Shown: positions 18,873-28,823 of the stretch, in pieces
How positions within the stretch are numbered: position 1 is the first letter of the stretch
Layout: every line of letters starts with the position of its first letter
From: Minisyncoccota bacterium
GTDB taxonomy: Bacteria > Patescibacteriota > Minisyncoccia > Phycocordibacterales > Zambryskibacteraceae
NCBI GenBank assembly: GCA_025450175.1
Contig: JANWHY010000008.1
Span: 56,289 to 120,288 of the forward strand
DNA length: 64,000 nt
Direction of reading: 5' to 3'
Notes under the pieces: generated by a model
The model's input: the letters and a program-made list of their open reading frames with translations, nothing else
The model's database searches: none
Told to the model about the DNA's origin: nothing
Made by a program: the position numbers and the translations under genes

Positions 18873-19789
18873 TGGAATAGTCCGTCAGTAGTACTGAATA
18901 CATATTTGTTTAATGCTCCAGTAACAAATGCTTCTACAAGATCTTCTAAGTGCTGGGCACTTACGAATCGATCCATGTTGGCGGGGAGAACATGGTTTAG
19001 CTGCTCTGCTATGACAATGCCAGGAGTTTGTACTGGACCACGCTTGGTACACTCGCCTACGGCCTTACCAGGGACGTGACCATTTCCCCCTACCTGCCCA
19101 CTGACGTTTGTGCCGGCTTCAACCTGTATAGGCGGAGGGTTAGTTTCTAAACACTCTGACCAGCTAAGAAATCCCTGAGCCCAATCAAGTTGCTGACTCT
19201 CTATGCCAATTTGAGTTGCTAGGCGATTATCGAGCTCCACCTTCGCTTCGAGATATGCTCCGTAGGGGTTGTTAGAATTATTTTGAGTCATACTAAACCA
19301 GCCATCCCAACCTCCTTGAGAGAAGTCCCCATAAAATCCTTCTATGTTTCCAACCACATCAGTCAGGGTACATTGGAAACGATTAGGCCTATTGTATTCC
19401 GTCACTAGTGCAAGCCTGATCTGTGCTTGGAAGGGCGAACAAAGGAAACCAAGATCGCTCCCAGCTATGAATTCACCTGCTACCCCATCGGCAATATCTT
19501 GGAAGTATTGTTTGGGGTTAGTAGCATAAGCAGGATTACCCTCGAAGCCAGTGTTGGCCCACTCGACAGTAGAATCCACCATCCGCTGTATAACTGCTTG
19601 GGCAGCCGCTCTGGCAGCAATATCAGCGAAGGTCAAACTAGTTTGAGCAATAACAGAGGCATTAACTGTGGGGTCAAAGACCACTCCTCCAAACAACTGC
19701 GCTTCAGCTCGCGAAGCAAACATGGGCAAGAAGCTCGTCAGAGTGAGAGAGAGTAGGAGAAGTGATGTTGTTAGGTATTTAGAGAACAT
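18869..19789 (-). CDS. secreted hypothetical protein of T4SS-like operon
   Basis: Signal peptide MFSKYLTTSLLLLSLTLTSFLPMFASRAEA; 4-nt overlap with the VirB6-like gene. Confidence 0.6.
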   Translation of the reverse strand: MFSKYLTTSLLLLSLTLTSFLPMFASRAEAQLFGGVVFDPTVNASVIAQTSLTFADIAARAAAQAVIQRMVDSTVEWANTGFEGNPAYATNPKQYFQDIADGVAGEFIAGSDLGFLCSPFQAQIRLALVTEYNRPNRFQCTLTDVVGNIEGFYGDFSQGGWDGWFSMTQNNSNNPYGAYLEAKVELDNRLATQIGIESQQLDWAQGFLSWSECLETNPPPIQVEAGTNVSGQVGGNGHVPGKAVGECTKRGPVQTPGIVIAEQLNHVLPANMDRFVSAQHLEDLVEAFVTGALNKYVFSTTDGLFH

Positions 19790-19790
19790 T

Positions 19791-20567
19791 TTAGTAAGTT
19801 ATATTCCACTTATCCTTTAGATCTTTCTTGATTTCCTCCAAGACCGTTCTTTCTTTCTCCATGTTTTCTTTGAGGGCTATCAATCCGGCTAAAGCTTTCA
19901 TAGGATCAGTTTCCATATCTATATAAGCCTTCATGGCTGCTTGATTAGAGAGATGAAGGTTCACTAACTCTAATTGGAGAGATGAGAAGGATGTGGGCAC
20001 GGGCATACTTTTAAAAGCGGATGCAAGAGTGCTGTAAATTTTTGCGGCACTGTTTACAAACGGAACATAAGAAGTTGTAGAAGGTTGAGGACCAGAAGTG
20101 GTCATTTCTTTAGCAGAATTTATGTAAGCGTTTGAGAGTGCTTTGGAATATGTGACAACACTTTCTTCTGAGTCGTATACGACATTGATATCTAAGATGA
20201 TTGCCTTGGTAAACACGTGACTTCTAAGCGTGGCCTCTACATACTCACTGGCTAGAGTGTCGATAGTTCCTTGGTCGGGAGCGAGACCGCTTGATTCTAA
20301 GTTGAGGTAGCTGAGTAGTAAGTTCCTAGTAATAATATCTGTGCTTGTTAGAGGTTCTGATGGGGGTTGCTTGACCTCCTGGGGCGGGACTTCGTGGGTA
20401 AGAGGTAGGAAACTATTGAGCATGGCTTCCTCTTCGTCTGTTGTCTTAACAGTTTTTATTGCGGCCTCGTTGTAATAGATCTCTTGGGCGGGAGCGAGGC
20501 GATACCAAGAAGCTACTCCTATAAGTAGTATCGATAATGAAAGTGCTAGTCCTAATCTAAGAGACAC
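19791..20567 (-). CDS. bitopic membrane protein, first gene of T4SS-like operon (possible VirB8-like)
   Basis: Single N-terminal TM (LALSLSILLIGVASWY) plus ~230 aa extracytoplasmic domain. Confidence 0.55.
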   Translation of the reverse strand: MSLRLGLALSLSILLIGVASWYRLAPAQEIYYNEAAIKTVKTTDEEEAMLNSFLPLTHEVPPQEVKQPPSEPLTSTDIITRNLLLSYLNLESSGLAPDQGTIDTLASEYVEATLRSHVFTKAIILDINVVYDSEESVVTYSKALSNAYINSAKEMTTSGPQPSTTSYVPFVNSAAKIYSTLASAFKSMPVPTSFSSLQLELVNLHLSNQAAMKAYIDMETDPMKALAGLIALKENMEKERTVLEEIKKDLKDKWNITY

Positions 20568-20626
20568 GTTAACTAAATTATAAGGTACTTATACACAATT
20601 TACACACTATTTTATCAACAGGTGGG

Positions 20627-21415
20627 CTAATTTTTTAGCAATTTTGCCAATTTTTGCCAGATTTCTATACTAAGATCCTCTGCGCGCACGTTTTCATCAA
20701 GCTTAAGCTCCTCAAAAGCTCTTTTGACCTCCTCTTTGGGCAAAATATTGGAGAGATTGGAGGAGAGTTTCTTCCTCTTCGATTTGAAGCCCACATGCAC
20801 CAGGTTGAAGAAATCCTTCTCGCTAAAATTTTGGAAAAAGTTTTTAGAAATGTCTTCGATGAGTAAAATGGCGGAATCTACTTTTGGTGCGGGCACAAAG
20901 GAGCCAGCTAAAACCTTCTCAACATATTGCGGCTTGCTATATGCTTGGACCGAGAGAGATAAAATACTTTGTTTGTTATTTTTTGCTACGACTCTTTCTG
21001 CCACTTCCTTCTGTACTAAGAGCACCATGCGCTCTGGTTGCTTGTCGTTCGATAAAAACCTTTCTAATATCGCTCCGGTGAGGTTGTAGGGGATGTTGGC
21101 GATGAGTTTGTAGGTTCTAGGTTCTAGGTTATAGGTTTTAAAATCAAAATTTAAAATATCCCCATTTCTTAGAATTAATTTTTCCTCTGTAATTTCTCTC
21201 TTAAATTTTGTTTCCAATTCTTTATAGAGATAATCATCCTTTTCTATAGCTAAAAGCTTACAGCCCGTAGCCAAAAGTTTCTCTGTCAGCGCTCCTTGTC
21301 CTGGGCCAATTTCTAACACAAAATCTTCGGGACTAATCTCTCCTACCTCGACTATTCGCTCGAGCGCTCTCTCGCTCTTGAGGAAGTGTTGGCCTAAAGA
21401 TTTTTTAGCGTACAT
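20627..21415 (-). CDS. rsmA: 16S rRNA (adenine1518/1519-N6)-dimethyltransferase
   Basis: KsgA family: N-terminal GQHFL, SAM motif EIGPGQGALT. Confidence 0.9.
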   Translation of the reverse strand: MYAKKSLGQHFLKSERALERIVEVGEISPEDFVLEIGPGQGALTEKLLATGCKLLAIEKDDYLYKELETKFKREITEEKLILRNGDILNFDFKTYNLEPRTYKLIANIPYNLTGAILERFLSNDKQPERMVLLVQKEVAERVVAKNNKQSILSLSVQAYSKPQYVEKVLAGSFVPAPKVDSAILLIEDISKNFFQNFSEKDFFNLVHVGFKSKRKKLSSNLSNILPKEEVKRAFEELKLDENVRAEDLSIEIWQKLAKLLKN

Positions 21416-21428
21416 GTCAGTGAGAAGT

Positions 21429-23381
21429 TTAGAATTCTATTTCGAGTAACGGTCTTCGAGGAGTTGCTTCATTACGAATTTCGTAATCAACAAGACTCTC
21501 AGGAATATCGAAAATAAATTGAGAAGGAATGTTTATCTGTCGGCGACCGAAGATAGTACGCACTTCACTTGAAGAGAGGAAAACTTTTTTCCTCGCGCGC
21601 GTGAGCGCTACGTAGAAGAGGCGCCGCTCTTCCTCGTTTTCTTCTGGAGTCTTGTCACTCTCAAGTCCTTGGTGAGGGAAAAGACCTTCTTCGAGCCCTG
21701 TGATAAATACGACATCAAACTCGAGCCCTTTAGCCGCATGCACAGTCATAAGTCTGACCGCTCTCTTCCCCTCATCAAGCTCATCTTGGTCGCTCTGTAG
21801 AGCCACATCGGAGAGTAAGTTGGCCACAGCAACCTCAGAAGGAAGGTGATTATATCGGGAAGCAAAGTTGACCAACTCATAAGCATTTTCTAGTCGCGCT
21901 TCACCTTCTTCTCCACCTTTCTTCCACTCTTCTTCGAGAGTGGAAGTTTTGATAATGAAGGTAAGAGTTTCGGAAATAATTTTTTCTCTTGCTACCACCG
22001 CAATCTTATCTAGAAGTTCGCGGAAACTTTTTAACTTCGCTCTCGTACCACTAGGCAATCCTTCTTCCTGGTTAGCAAAAATTTTTAGCACCGTAGTCTT
22101 GCCGATGCCACGCGCGGGAGTATTGATAATGCGCTTTAGATCAGAGAGACTCTCAGGATTAAGTGCAGCACGTAGGTACGAGATAACATCCTTCACCTCT
22201 TGGCGTTCGAAGAAGCGCGTACCAAGCATTTGGTAAGGAAGACCAGCTGTCATAAAAGCTTCTTCGAGAATGCGGGACTGGAAGTTGGCTCGATAAAGTA
22301 CCGCAATCTCTTCGGGCGGTGTACCTTGGGCCATAAGTTCCTTCACCTTACTTGCCACATACTCTGCTTCTCCAATCTCATCGATATTTTGAGCGAAAAT
22401 AATTTTCTCCCCACTCTCACTCTTGGTAAAAAGATTTTTCTTGCGGCGCATCTTGTTTTTCTCTATCACAGCATTGGCCGCGTCCAAAATATTTTTGCTT
22501 GAGCGGTAATTCTCTTCTAGGAGAACAACTTTTGCGCTCGGGTAATCCGCTTCGAAGTCCAAAATATTTTTGATATCGGCACCGCGCCAAGAATAAATGT
22601 TTTGATCTATGTCGCCTACCGCACAAATGTTATCTCCACTTCCCACCAGCATCTTTGCGATCTCATACTGCACTCTGTTGGTGTCTTGATACTCATCGAT
22701 GTGTATGTGAGTCCAGTGCTCTTGATAGTAGCGACGTACACCCGCCTCGTCTCTAAGTAAGTTGCGAGTCTTCAGTAAGAGGTCATCGAAGTCTAGGGCG
22801 GAATCACGTTTCAAAATCTTTTCATACTCCGGCCAGACCTCACTCACCACCTTTATAAAGTATCCTTGCCTTTGGGTGCCTTGTGCCTCGCGGAACTCCT
22901 CACAAGTGAGCCCCCTGCCTTTCTCCTTAGAGATTACCCCTAAAATACGGCCAGGGTCGTGAGTCTTCGGGTCAAGGCCAAATTGGGTTAAAGCTTCCTT
23001 TACGGCCGCCCTGCTCTCCCCTCGGTCGAAGACTACGAAGTACTTCTTTATCCCCAATATATGGGCTTGTTCGCGTAAGATGTGGACTCCTAGGGAGTGG
23101 AAGGTGCTTACAAAGGGCTTCTCATCCCCGGCTCCGCCCGGCGGAGCCGTCTCCCAGCCCTTCTCAATACGATCCCTCATCTCCCGAGCCGCCTTGTTGG
23201 TGAAGGTTATGGCCAAAATACTCGAAGGAGCTATGCCAGTCTTCACCAAATGGCGAATTCTCTCGGTAATAGTCTTGGTTTTGCCAGCTCCAGCACCCGC
23301 CAGGATCAAAAGAGGGCCAGAAATAGTGGAAACAGCATCCTTTTGGGCTTCATTTAGGCCGAGTTTATCTAAATTTGACAT
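21429..23381 (-). CDS. pcrA: ATP-dependent DNA helicase PcrA/UvrD family
   Basis: SF1 helicase: LILAGAGAGKTKT Walker A, DEYQD Walker B, UvrD-like C-terminal domain. Confidence 0.9.
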   Translation of the reverse strand: MSNLDKLGLNEAQKDAVSTISGPLLILAGAGAGKTKTITERIRHLVKTGIAPSSILAITFTNKAAREMRDRIEKGWETAPPGGAGDEKPFVSTFHSLGVHILREQAHILGIKKYFVVFDRGESRAAVKEALTQFGLDPKTHDPGRILGVISKEKGRGLTCEEFREAQGTQRQGYFIKVVSEVWPEYEKILKRDSALDFDDLLLKTRNLLRDEAGVRRYYQEHWTHIHIDEYQDTNRVQYEIAKMLVGSGDNICAVGDIDQNIYSWRGADIKNILDFEADYPSAKVVLLEENYRSSKNILDAANAVIEKNKMRRKKNLFTKSESGEKIIFAQNIDEIGEAEYVASKVKELMAQGTPPEEIAVLYRANFQSRILEEAFMTAGLPYQMLGTRFFERQEVKDVISYLRAALNPESLSDLKRIINTPARGIGKTTVLKIFANQEEGLPSGTRAKLKSFRELLDKIAVVAREKIISETLTFIIKTSTLEEEWKKGGEEGEARLENAYELVNFASRYNHLPSEVAVANLLSDVALQSDQDELDEGKRAVRLMTVHAAKGLEFDVVFITGLEEGLFPHQGLESDKTPEENEEERRLFYVALTRARKKVFLSSSEVRTIFGRRQINIPSQFIFDIPESLVDYEIRNEATPRRPLLEIEF

Positions 23382-23631
23382 AAGTGCTTATGGCCGGAGA
23401 GGTTAAGAAGGCAGTAGACACTATATCACGCAGGGGCTATAATTAGGCCTTACTCTATGAATTTTTCCTGAAGTGGGGCGCAAGAGGGCCTTACTTAACA
23501 CCAGATAATCCGACCAACCACTACAAGTTTAACCAGGAAGTATTAGACTCTCTAAAAAGAATCCCAAATATACTAAAAAGCGTCGTGGGCTCCGGGTCTT
23601 CGCGCTTTTTATTGCAATCTCTGCCCCCTTC

Positions 23632-24546
23632 TTGGTTTTCGCTCGAAGTCAGGGGTTTAAGCTCTTTCTTGCTCCAGAGATAACTAGTCTCGGGAACTCT
23701 CAGACTATGAGCTTGCTTGAAGGCTATTTGAATATTAATCCTACCGGTACGGGTGGAGCTGAGATCGCTATCGTCGACGATGTGGCTCTAGCTTCTGGAG
23801 GTGGAGATAGTGAGGTATTCGTCGACCCAGGTAAGTCGGGCAATGGCCAGATTAGTGTCTATATAGTGCGTGAGGGAGATACCTTGAGTGGTATCGCCAA
23901 GATGTTTGATGTTTCGGTCAATACTATTATGTGGGCTAATGGTATCGGTGGGAGTTCTCTCAAGGCTGGTCAGGAGCTCGTCATTCTCCCTATCTCAGGT
24001 GTGCGTCACACGGTAAAGTCGGGAGACACCCTCCAATCTCTTGCCAAGAAGTACAAAGCCGATCTTGGCGACATTATCTCCTACAACGGACTCTCGACTG
24101 GCGCCACTCTTAAGACTGGTGATGTGATCATAATCCCCGACGGAGTGATCGCGGCCCCACAATCTTCTGGAGGTTCGGGTGGATCCAATACTCCTTCTTA
24201 TGCTGGCTTCTATCTACGCCCCATTAACGGCGGCAAGAAGAGTCAAGGTATACATGGACACAATGGTATCGATCTTGCTGCTCCTGTAGGTACCTCCGTG
24301 CGTGCGAGTGCTGGTGGTAAGGTAATTATTTCTAAAAAGAGTGGTTACAACGGCGGTTATGGAACATATATCGTCATTAGCCACTCCAATGGTACTCAAA
24401 CAGTCTATGGACACTTAAATACTAACAATGTTTCGGTTGGCGAGATGGTAAGCCAGGGCCAAGTGATCGGCGCTATAGGTATGACTGGTAAAACTACTGG
24501 ACCCCACCTCCACTTCGAAGTTCGTGGTGCTAAAAATCCTTTCTAG
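23632..24546 (+). CDS. LysM-domain M23 family peptidoglycan endopeptidase
   Basis: Two LysM repeats (YIVREGDTLSGIAK, HTVKSGDTLQSLAK), M23 motifs HNGIDLAAPVGT and GPHLHFEV; annotated start is TTG. Confidence 0.85.
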   Translation: MVFARSQGFKLFLAPEITSLGNSQTMSLLEGYLNINPTGTGGAEIAIVDDVALASGGGDSEVFVDPGKSGNGQISVYIVREGDTLSGIAKMFDVSVNTIMWANGIGGSSLKAGQELVILPISGVRHTVKSGDTLQSLAKKYKADLGDIISYNGLSTGATLKTGDVIIIPDGVIAAPQSSGGSGGSNTPSYAGFYLRPINGGKKSQGIHGHNGIDLAAPVGTSVRASAGGKVIISKKSGYNGGYGTYIVISHSNGTQTVYGHLNTNNVSVGEMVSQGQVIGAIGMTGKTTGPHLHFEVRGAKNPF

Positions 24547-24549
24547 TTT

Positions 24550-26085
24550 TTATACATCAAACTTTTTTGGACGATATTCTACGGCTTCTAGTATGTGAGT
24601 GTTTTTTATATCTTCGCTTTCTTCGAGATCGGCTATGGTGCGAGCTACTTTGATCATCCTGTGATACACGCGTGGTGAGAAGCCAAGTCGCTCAGACGCG
24701 AGGTCGAGAGTTCGTCTTGATGAATCATCCAGTTTTATAAGTGTCACAAGATCACGAGCTCCCATCTCAGCATTGCGTAAAATTTTCTTACCTCCTTTTT
24801 TAAACCTTTCGTCCTGGAGAGCTCTCGCTCTCGCCACTTTCCTACGGAAGATCTCGCTCCCCTCTCCATCTACACCTCCAGATAAGTCGCTGGTAGGAAT
24901 CCTATCTACCTCAAGCCATATGTCGATCCTGTCGATGATTGGTCCAGACATCTTTCTCCTATAACGCGTAAGTGCCGACGGAGTACATATACAAGGCTTA
25001 CCTTTGAAGCCGAAGTGCCCGCATGGGCATGGGTTCATCGCGGCGATGAGTAAAACATTGGCTGGGAAGATGGCTGTACCCTTAGCTCTTGCGACGGAAA
25101 TAACTTTGTCCTCAAGAGGTTGGCGTAAGCTCTCGATCACTCTCCGATCAAATTCTGGGAACTCATCTAAGAAGAGTACGCCAGAGTGGGCGATAGTGAT
25201 CTCTCCTGGTCGTGGGACAGCCCCACCGCCTACAAGTGATACATACGAAGAAGTGTGATGCGGTGCGCGGAATGGCGGATGAGTGATAAGAGTTTCGTGT
25301 AAGAGGCCTGCGACAGAGTGTATGCCCGTCGCTTCTAAAGCTTCGTCAAATGAGAGTGGCGGAAGTATGCCGGCAAAAGCCTTGGCAAGCATGGTCTTGC
25401 CCGTGCCAGGGGGTCCGTACATAGCCACATTGTGTCCTCCGGCGGCGGCGATAAGGAGCCCGCGCTTAGCTCGCTCTTGGCCCTTAATGTCAGAAAAGTC
25501 TGTAAGAACTTTCGGTCGACCTGTGCGAGTATCTATAACTGTAAGAGGAGCTCTCTCAATCCTTTTTGTCTCCAAGAGATGAGCTACAACTTCGCTAAGT
25601 GTGGAGATGCCGAAAATATTTATACCATCGATGAGTGCCGCCTCCCGCACATTTTCTACTGGGACATAGAGTTCCTGATAGCCTTGTTCTTTTATAAACT
25701 TGGCAATAGGTAAGACACCACGGATGGGTCGCACTTTACCATCTAGCGACAACTCTCCTAAGAAAATTTTACCTTCGGGATCGAAGTCGATATCCTCACT
25801 TGCAAGAAGGTATGAGAGAGCAATAGCTACGTCGTAGGAGGGGCCTTCCTTCTTCTCTGCGGCAGGGGCAAGAGATATAACGACCTTATGGTTCTTAGAC
25901 TTAGGAGAATCGTAGCCAGAATTCTTGATTGCGGCACTTACTCTATCGCGCGCTTCTTCTACGGCTTTATCTGGGAGACCTACAATAGCGAAGGCATTGA
26001 GTCCGCGAGAAATGTCGGTCTCTACAGAGATCTCGGTAACTTTTAGTAATTCGTTCTGAGCGCTGTAGACCTTGGAAAAGGACAT
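24550..26085 (-). CDS. comM: YifB/ComM family Mg-chelatase-like AAA+ ATPase
   Basis: N-terminal Lon-like domain, Walker A GPPGTGKT, C-terminal Mg chelatase ChlI-like domain, ~510 aa. Confidence 0.88.
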   Translation of the reverse strand: MSFSKVYSAQNELLKVTEISVETDISRGLNAFAIVGLPDKAVEEARDRVSAAIKNSGYDSPKSKNHKVVISLAPAAEKKEGPSYDVAIALSYLLASEDIDFDPEGKIFLGELSLDGKVRPIRGVLPIAKFIKEQGYQELYVPVENVREAALIDGINIFGISTLSEVVAHLLETKRIERAPLTVIDTRTGRPKVLTDFSDIKGQERAKRGLLIAAAGGHNVAMYGPPGTGKTMLAKAFAGILPPLSFDEALEATGIHSVAGLLHETLITHPPFRAPHHTSSYVSLVGGGAVPRPGEITIAHSGVLFLDEFPEFDRRVIESLRQPLEDKVISVARAKGTAIFPANVLLIAAMNPCPCGHFGFKGKPCICTPSALTRYRRKMSGPIIDRIDIWLEVDRIPTSDLSGGVDGEGSEIFRRKVARARALQDERFKKGGKKILRNAEMGARDLVTLIKLDDSSRRTLDLASERLGFSPRVYHRMIKVARTIADLEESEDIKNTHILEAVEYRPKKFDV

Positions 26086-26105
26086 GGGGAAATTATATAT
26101 GAAAT

Positions 26106-26840
26106 CTAAGTTTTATTTTTCTCCCAAATTCCTCTCATTAGTTCGCGCAAATTGTGTGCGAGTTTCTTGTCATAAATCTCTATTAGATAATTAGGCTTCT
26201 CTTTGTAAGAAACCATAACAATATAGTGTCCGCGCACCCATACCGCAGAATTAAAATCTAAGCTTTCGTCGAGTACCACAGCTTTTCTTTGTCGGAACTG
26301 GGGCATTCCTTGCTCTGGTGCATTTGTAATAACATTTGATTTGAAATTATCTGTATGAGGTCGTGTGTAATACCACTTAATCCATTCTTGATACTTGGGT
26401 CCAAAGGTTGGATCCTGGACACTCCAGAGGGTCGAATCTACTTCCATCATACTTTTATCCCACCTGTCTGCTTCTGAATATAAGTAACTTTCTAAATCTA
26501 CTTCTGGTACGAATTTTATTTTTGGGACTGAATAACCAGTATCTTTAGAAATAGCGTGAAGCTCTGGTATGAGACTCTCAACAATATTTTTCTGCCTTTG
26601 GACTAGGTAACGAAGCTCTTCTGGGGGTTGGGCAATAAGCATGTTTGGCCTCGAGCCAAGGTCCTGCACTATGTAGCCCTTATCTGCGAGTAATAGAGCC
26701 ACGCTATATACGGTAGTACGGTTTATGCCTGTAATCTGTGCTACTTCCGGTATAGAAACTCGGCCTTTCTGAAGGATGGCCAGGTATAGGGTAATCTCCT
26801 TCTCTCCTAAGCCAAGTTTCTCTAATTGCTCTCGGATCAT
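26106..26840 (-). CDS. TrmB-like winged-helix transcriptional regulator
   Basis: N-terminal HTH resembling TrmB family (GLGEKEITLYLAILQKG...TGINRTTVYSVALLLADKGYI) plus C-terminal effector-like domain. Confidence 0.6.
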   Translation of the reverse strand: MIREQLEKLGLGEKEITLYLAILQKGRVSIPEVAQITGINRTTVYSVALLLADKGYIVQDLGSRPNMLIAQPPEELRYLVQRQKNIVESLIPELHAISKDTGYSVPKIKFVPEVDLESYLYSEADRWDKSMMEVDSTLWSVQDPTFGPKYQEWIKWYYTRPHTDNFKSNVITNAPEQGMPQFRQRKAVVLDESLDFNSAVWVRGHYIVMVSYKEKPNYLIEIYDKKLAHNLRELMRGIWEKNKT

Positions 26841-27002
26841 GACCCAATCTTAACAAGTTGTCGAAATTTGTCAACAAGATTATATCTTTAATATAGGCTG
26901 TATTAATAGTAAATTATATGTACTACGTTGACTATATATAACAATCGTGTTAAGATTATTTTAGAACAGTTCGGGCATATCGCCTGACTAAAGAGGTGTG
27001 AG

Positions 27003-27239
27003 ATGAGACTTATCTGGATTGCGGTTGATCCCGCTAACTCTGCCAGCTCCAAGTTGATTGAAGATATTGTTCAACTTGTGCGCATTCACGGTGGACGAGT
27101 TCATCCCAAGGTGTTTCCCGATGCGAGATTCCCTGGCCTGGATAACGGGTTTTCTCTGGGTACTCGCTACTGTCTAAATGACATTGCGCGGGCTATGGGG
27201 ATCAGGATGGTTCAAGTAGATGTACCTGAGCCGGATTAG
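27003..27239 (+). CDS. hypothetical small protein
   Basis: 78-aa ORF with local GC enrichment; no recognisable motif. Confidence 0.3.
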   Translation: MRLIWIAVDPANSASSKLIEDIVQLVRIHGGRVHPKVFPDARFPGLDNGFSLGTRYCLNDIARAMGIRMVQVDVPEPD

Positions 27240-27260
27240 TTCTTTAACAAATAACTCCGC

Positions 27261-27497
27261 GTGGCTGTGGAGAGAGAAAGGCTCAGTGACATGTCGTGGT
27301 ACAACCAATATGTTGTAACCTGTGATGGTTGTAAGTTCCGTAAGGAGGTATATACAGTCAGTTCTCGGCATGCTATCGCAGAAGTCCTCTGGCTCTATGG
27401 ATGTATTGACTGGGGGGAACTGAATGAGTGCATGGAGTGTGGAGGTCAGCTAAAGGTAACCCTCGAAGAGAAAAAGGAGTCTAAGGCGTCGGAGTGA
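27261..27497 (+). CDS. hypothetical small zinc-ribbon protein
   Basis: CDGC ... CMECGG pair of CxxC motifs. Confidence 0.35.
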   Translation: MAVERERLSDMSWYNQYVVTCDGCKFRKEVYTVSSRHAIAEVLWLYGCIDWGELNECMECGGQLKVTLEEKKESKASE

Positions 27498-27511
27498 TCC
27501 GACGCCTTTTG

Positions 27512-27871
27512 TTATTGCATGTGTTCTTTACAAGTAGTTGCGGAGGGGTTTGCTTCGAGGCGATCACTCTCTATTTCTTTCCCACAGACTTCGCAGATAC
27601 CATACTTATCACTCTCTATTTTCTCCAAAGCTTTTTTAACTTCGTTGTAGCGAGACTCAAGAGTGTTTACGATAGCCATCTTCTCATCGAACTCTTCTAT
27701 CGCATCGGCGGCGAGATTGTCGTCGGCATGTACTCGAGCATCATCGGCTGGAGCTGGGACCCAGTCACCTGGGGTATCAGGATTCTTCCTCCCGACATCT
27801 TGAAGCTCCTTTTCTAAGAGTTTCTTCTCAGCTAAAAGCTTCTCTTTGAATGCTTGTGGGTCAATTGTCAT
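27512..27871 (-). CDS. dksA: DksA/TraR family C4-type zinc finger protein
   Basis: Coiled-coil N-terminus and C-terminal CEVCGKEI...TTCKEH zinc finger. Confidence 0.8.
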   Translation of the reverse strand: MTIDPQAFKEKLLAEKKLLEKELQDVGRKNPDTPGDWVPAPADDARVHADDNLAADAIEEFDEKMAIVNTLESRYNEVKKALEKIESDKYGICEVCGKEIESDRLEANPSATTCKEHMQ

Positions 27872-27895
27872 CCTCTGATCTTAGCAGAAATGGTA

Positions 27896-28816
27896 TTAGC
27901 GGGAAAGCTTCTCGCGAGTCAGGCGATCTATGAGTGTGCGCATAGTAGTAAGGTCGTCGGTAATGATGAGGTATTCATTTTCGAAGAAGGAGTATATGAG
28001 CAGGACTTCTCCTTCGGTGGTTACTAGTACCCTCATGTCCTTGTTCTTATCTGTGAGATCGAGGAAGGTGGCCTCACTAGAAACACCCATCAGTTTCTCC
28101 GATGTTTTAAAGAGGGGGCCAAGGTCTTGGACAATACCGTTCTCCCAATCCAGCATCCCAGCGTAAGCGTTTTCGAAAGATGAGAGTTTTATTATAAGAA
28201 AGACACTTGAGGGAGTAGTGGTAGACTCTGTCCCGACTGCTCCAAACATAAATAATGGGTCAAAAGCGCGTACCAGAGACCCGGGCGCGCGGATAGCAAG
28301 GGTCTTGAAAAACCATTCTGTGCTCACTAGCTCGTCCACAGTTGTGCGTCTCTTCACCACTATGTGAGAGAGAGTCCCAGCAGGCACTCCTCCGGTTGCT
28401 CCTTGGAGAAGAGTAAGGAAATTGGTCCTGGTAGAAGTCGCGACTAGGAGCTCTTGGGAGTTATTGGTAGAGAAGAAGCGGTTATCTGGTCCCGCGATGA
28501 TGGGTGTGGCGCTCTTCCTTACGAATTCTTGATATGTATACCAAGCTCCACCACCTGCGATCGCGAAGAGGACTATGCTACCTAAGAAGAAGAGGACAAA
28601 TTGTTGTTGCTTCTTCCTTCTGGTAATAGCTTCGGGAGAATTGCGCGGGTCTTGGCGTGCTTGTTCGTGACGTTGGATAGATACAAGAGACTCCTCCTGT
28701 CTTCCAAGTGCTTCGGCTACATCTCCTTGGAAGGTTCGGATCTGCTTTAAATGAATGTCTGAGTCTTGTTGCTTGCCCTGAGTAGGGTCGATGGGTGGAT
28801 TATTTTCCGGAGGCAT
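27896..28816 (-). CDS. hypothetical bitopic membrane protein
   Basis: Charged N-terminal region, one TM (FVLFFLGSIVLFAIAGGGAWY), extracytoplasmic domain. Confidence 0.55.
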   Translation of the reverse strand: MPPENNPPIDPTQGKQQDSDIHLKQIRTFQGDVAEALGRQEESLVSIQRHEQARQDPRNSPEAITRRKKQQQFVLFFLGSIVLFAIAGGGAWYTYQEFVRKSATPIIAGPDNRFFSTNNSQELLVATSTRTNFLTLLQGATGGVPAGTLSHIVVKRRTTVDELVSTEWFFKTLAIRAPGSLVRAFDPLFMFGAVGTESTTTPSSVFLIIKLSSFENAYAGMLDWENGIVQDLGPLFKTSEKLMGVSSEATFLDLTDKNKDMRVLVTTEGEVLLIYSFFENEYLIITDDLTTMRTLIDRLTREKLSR

Positions 28817-28823
28817 TCACTTA

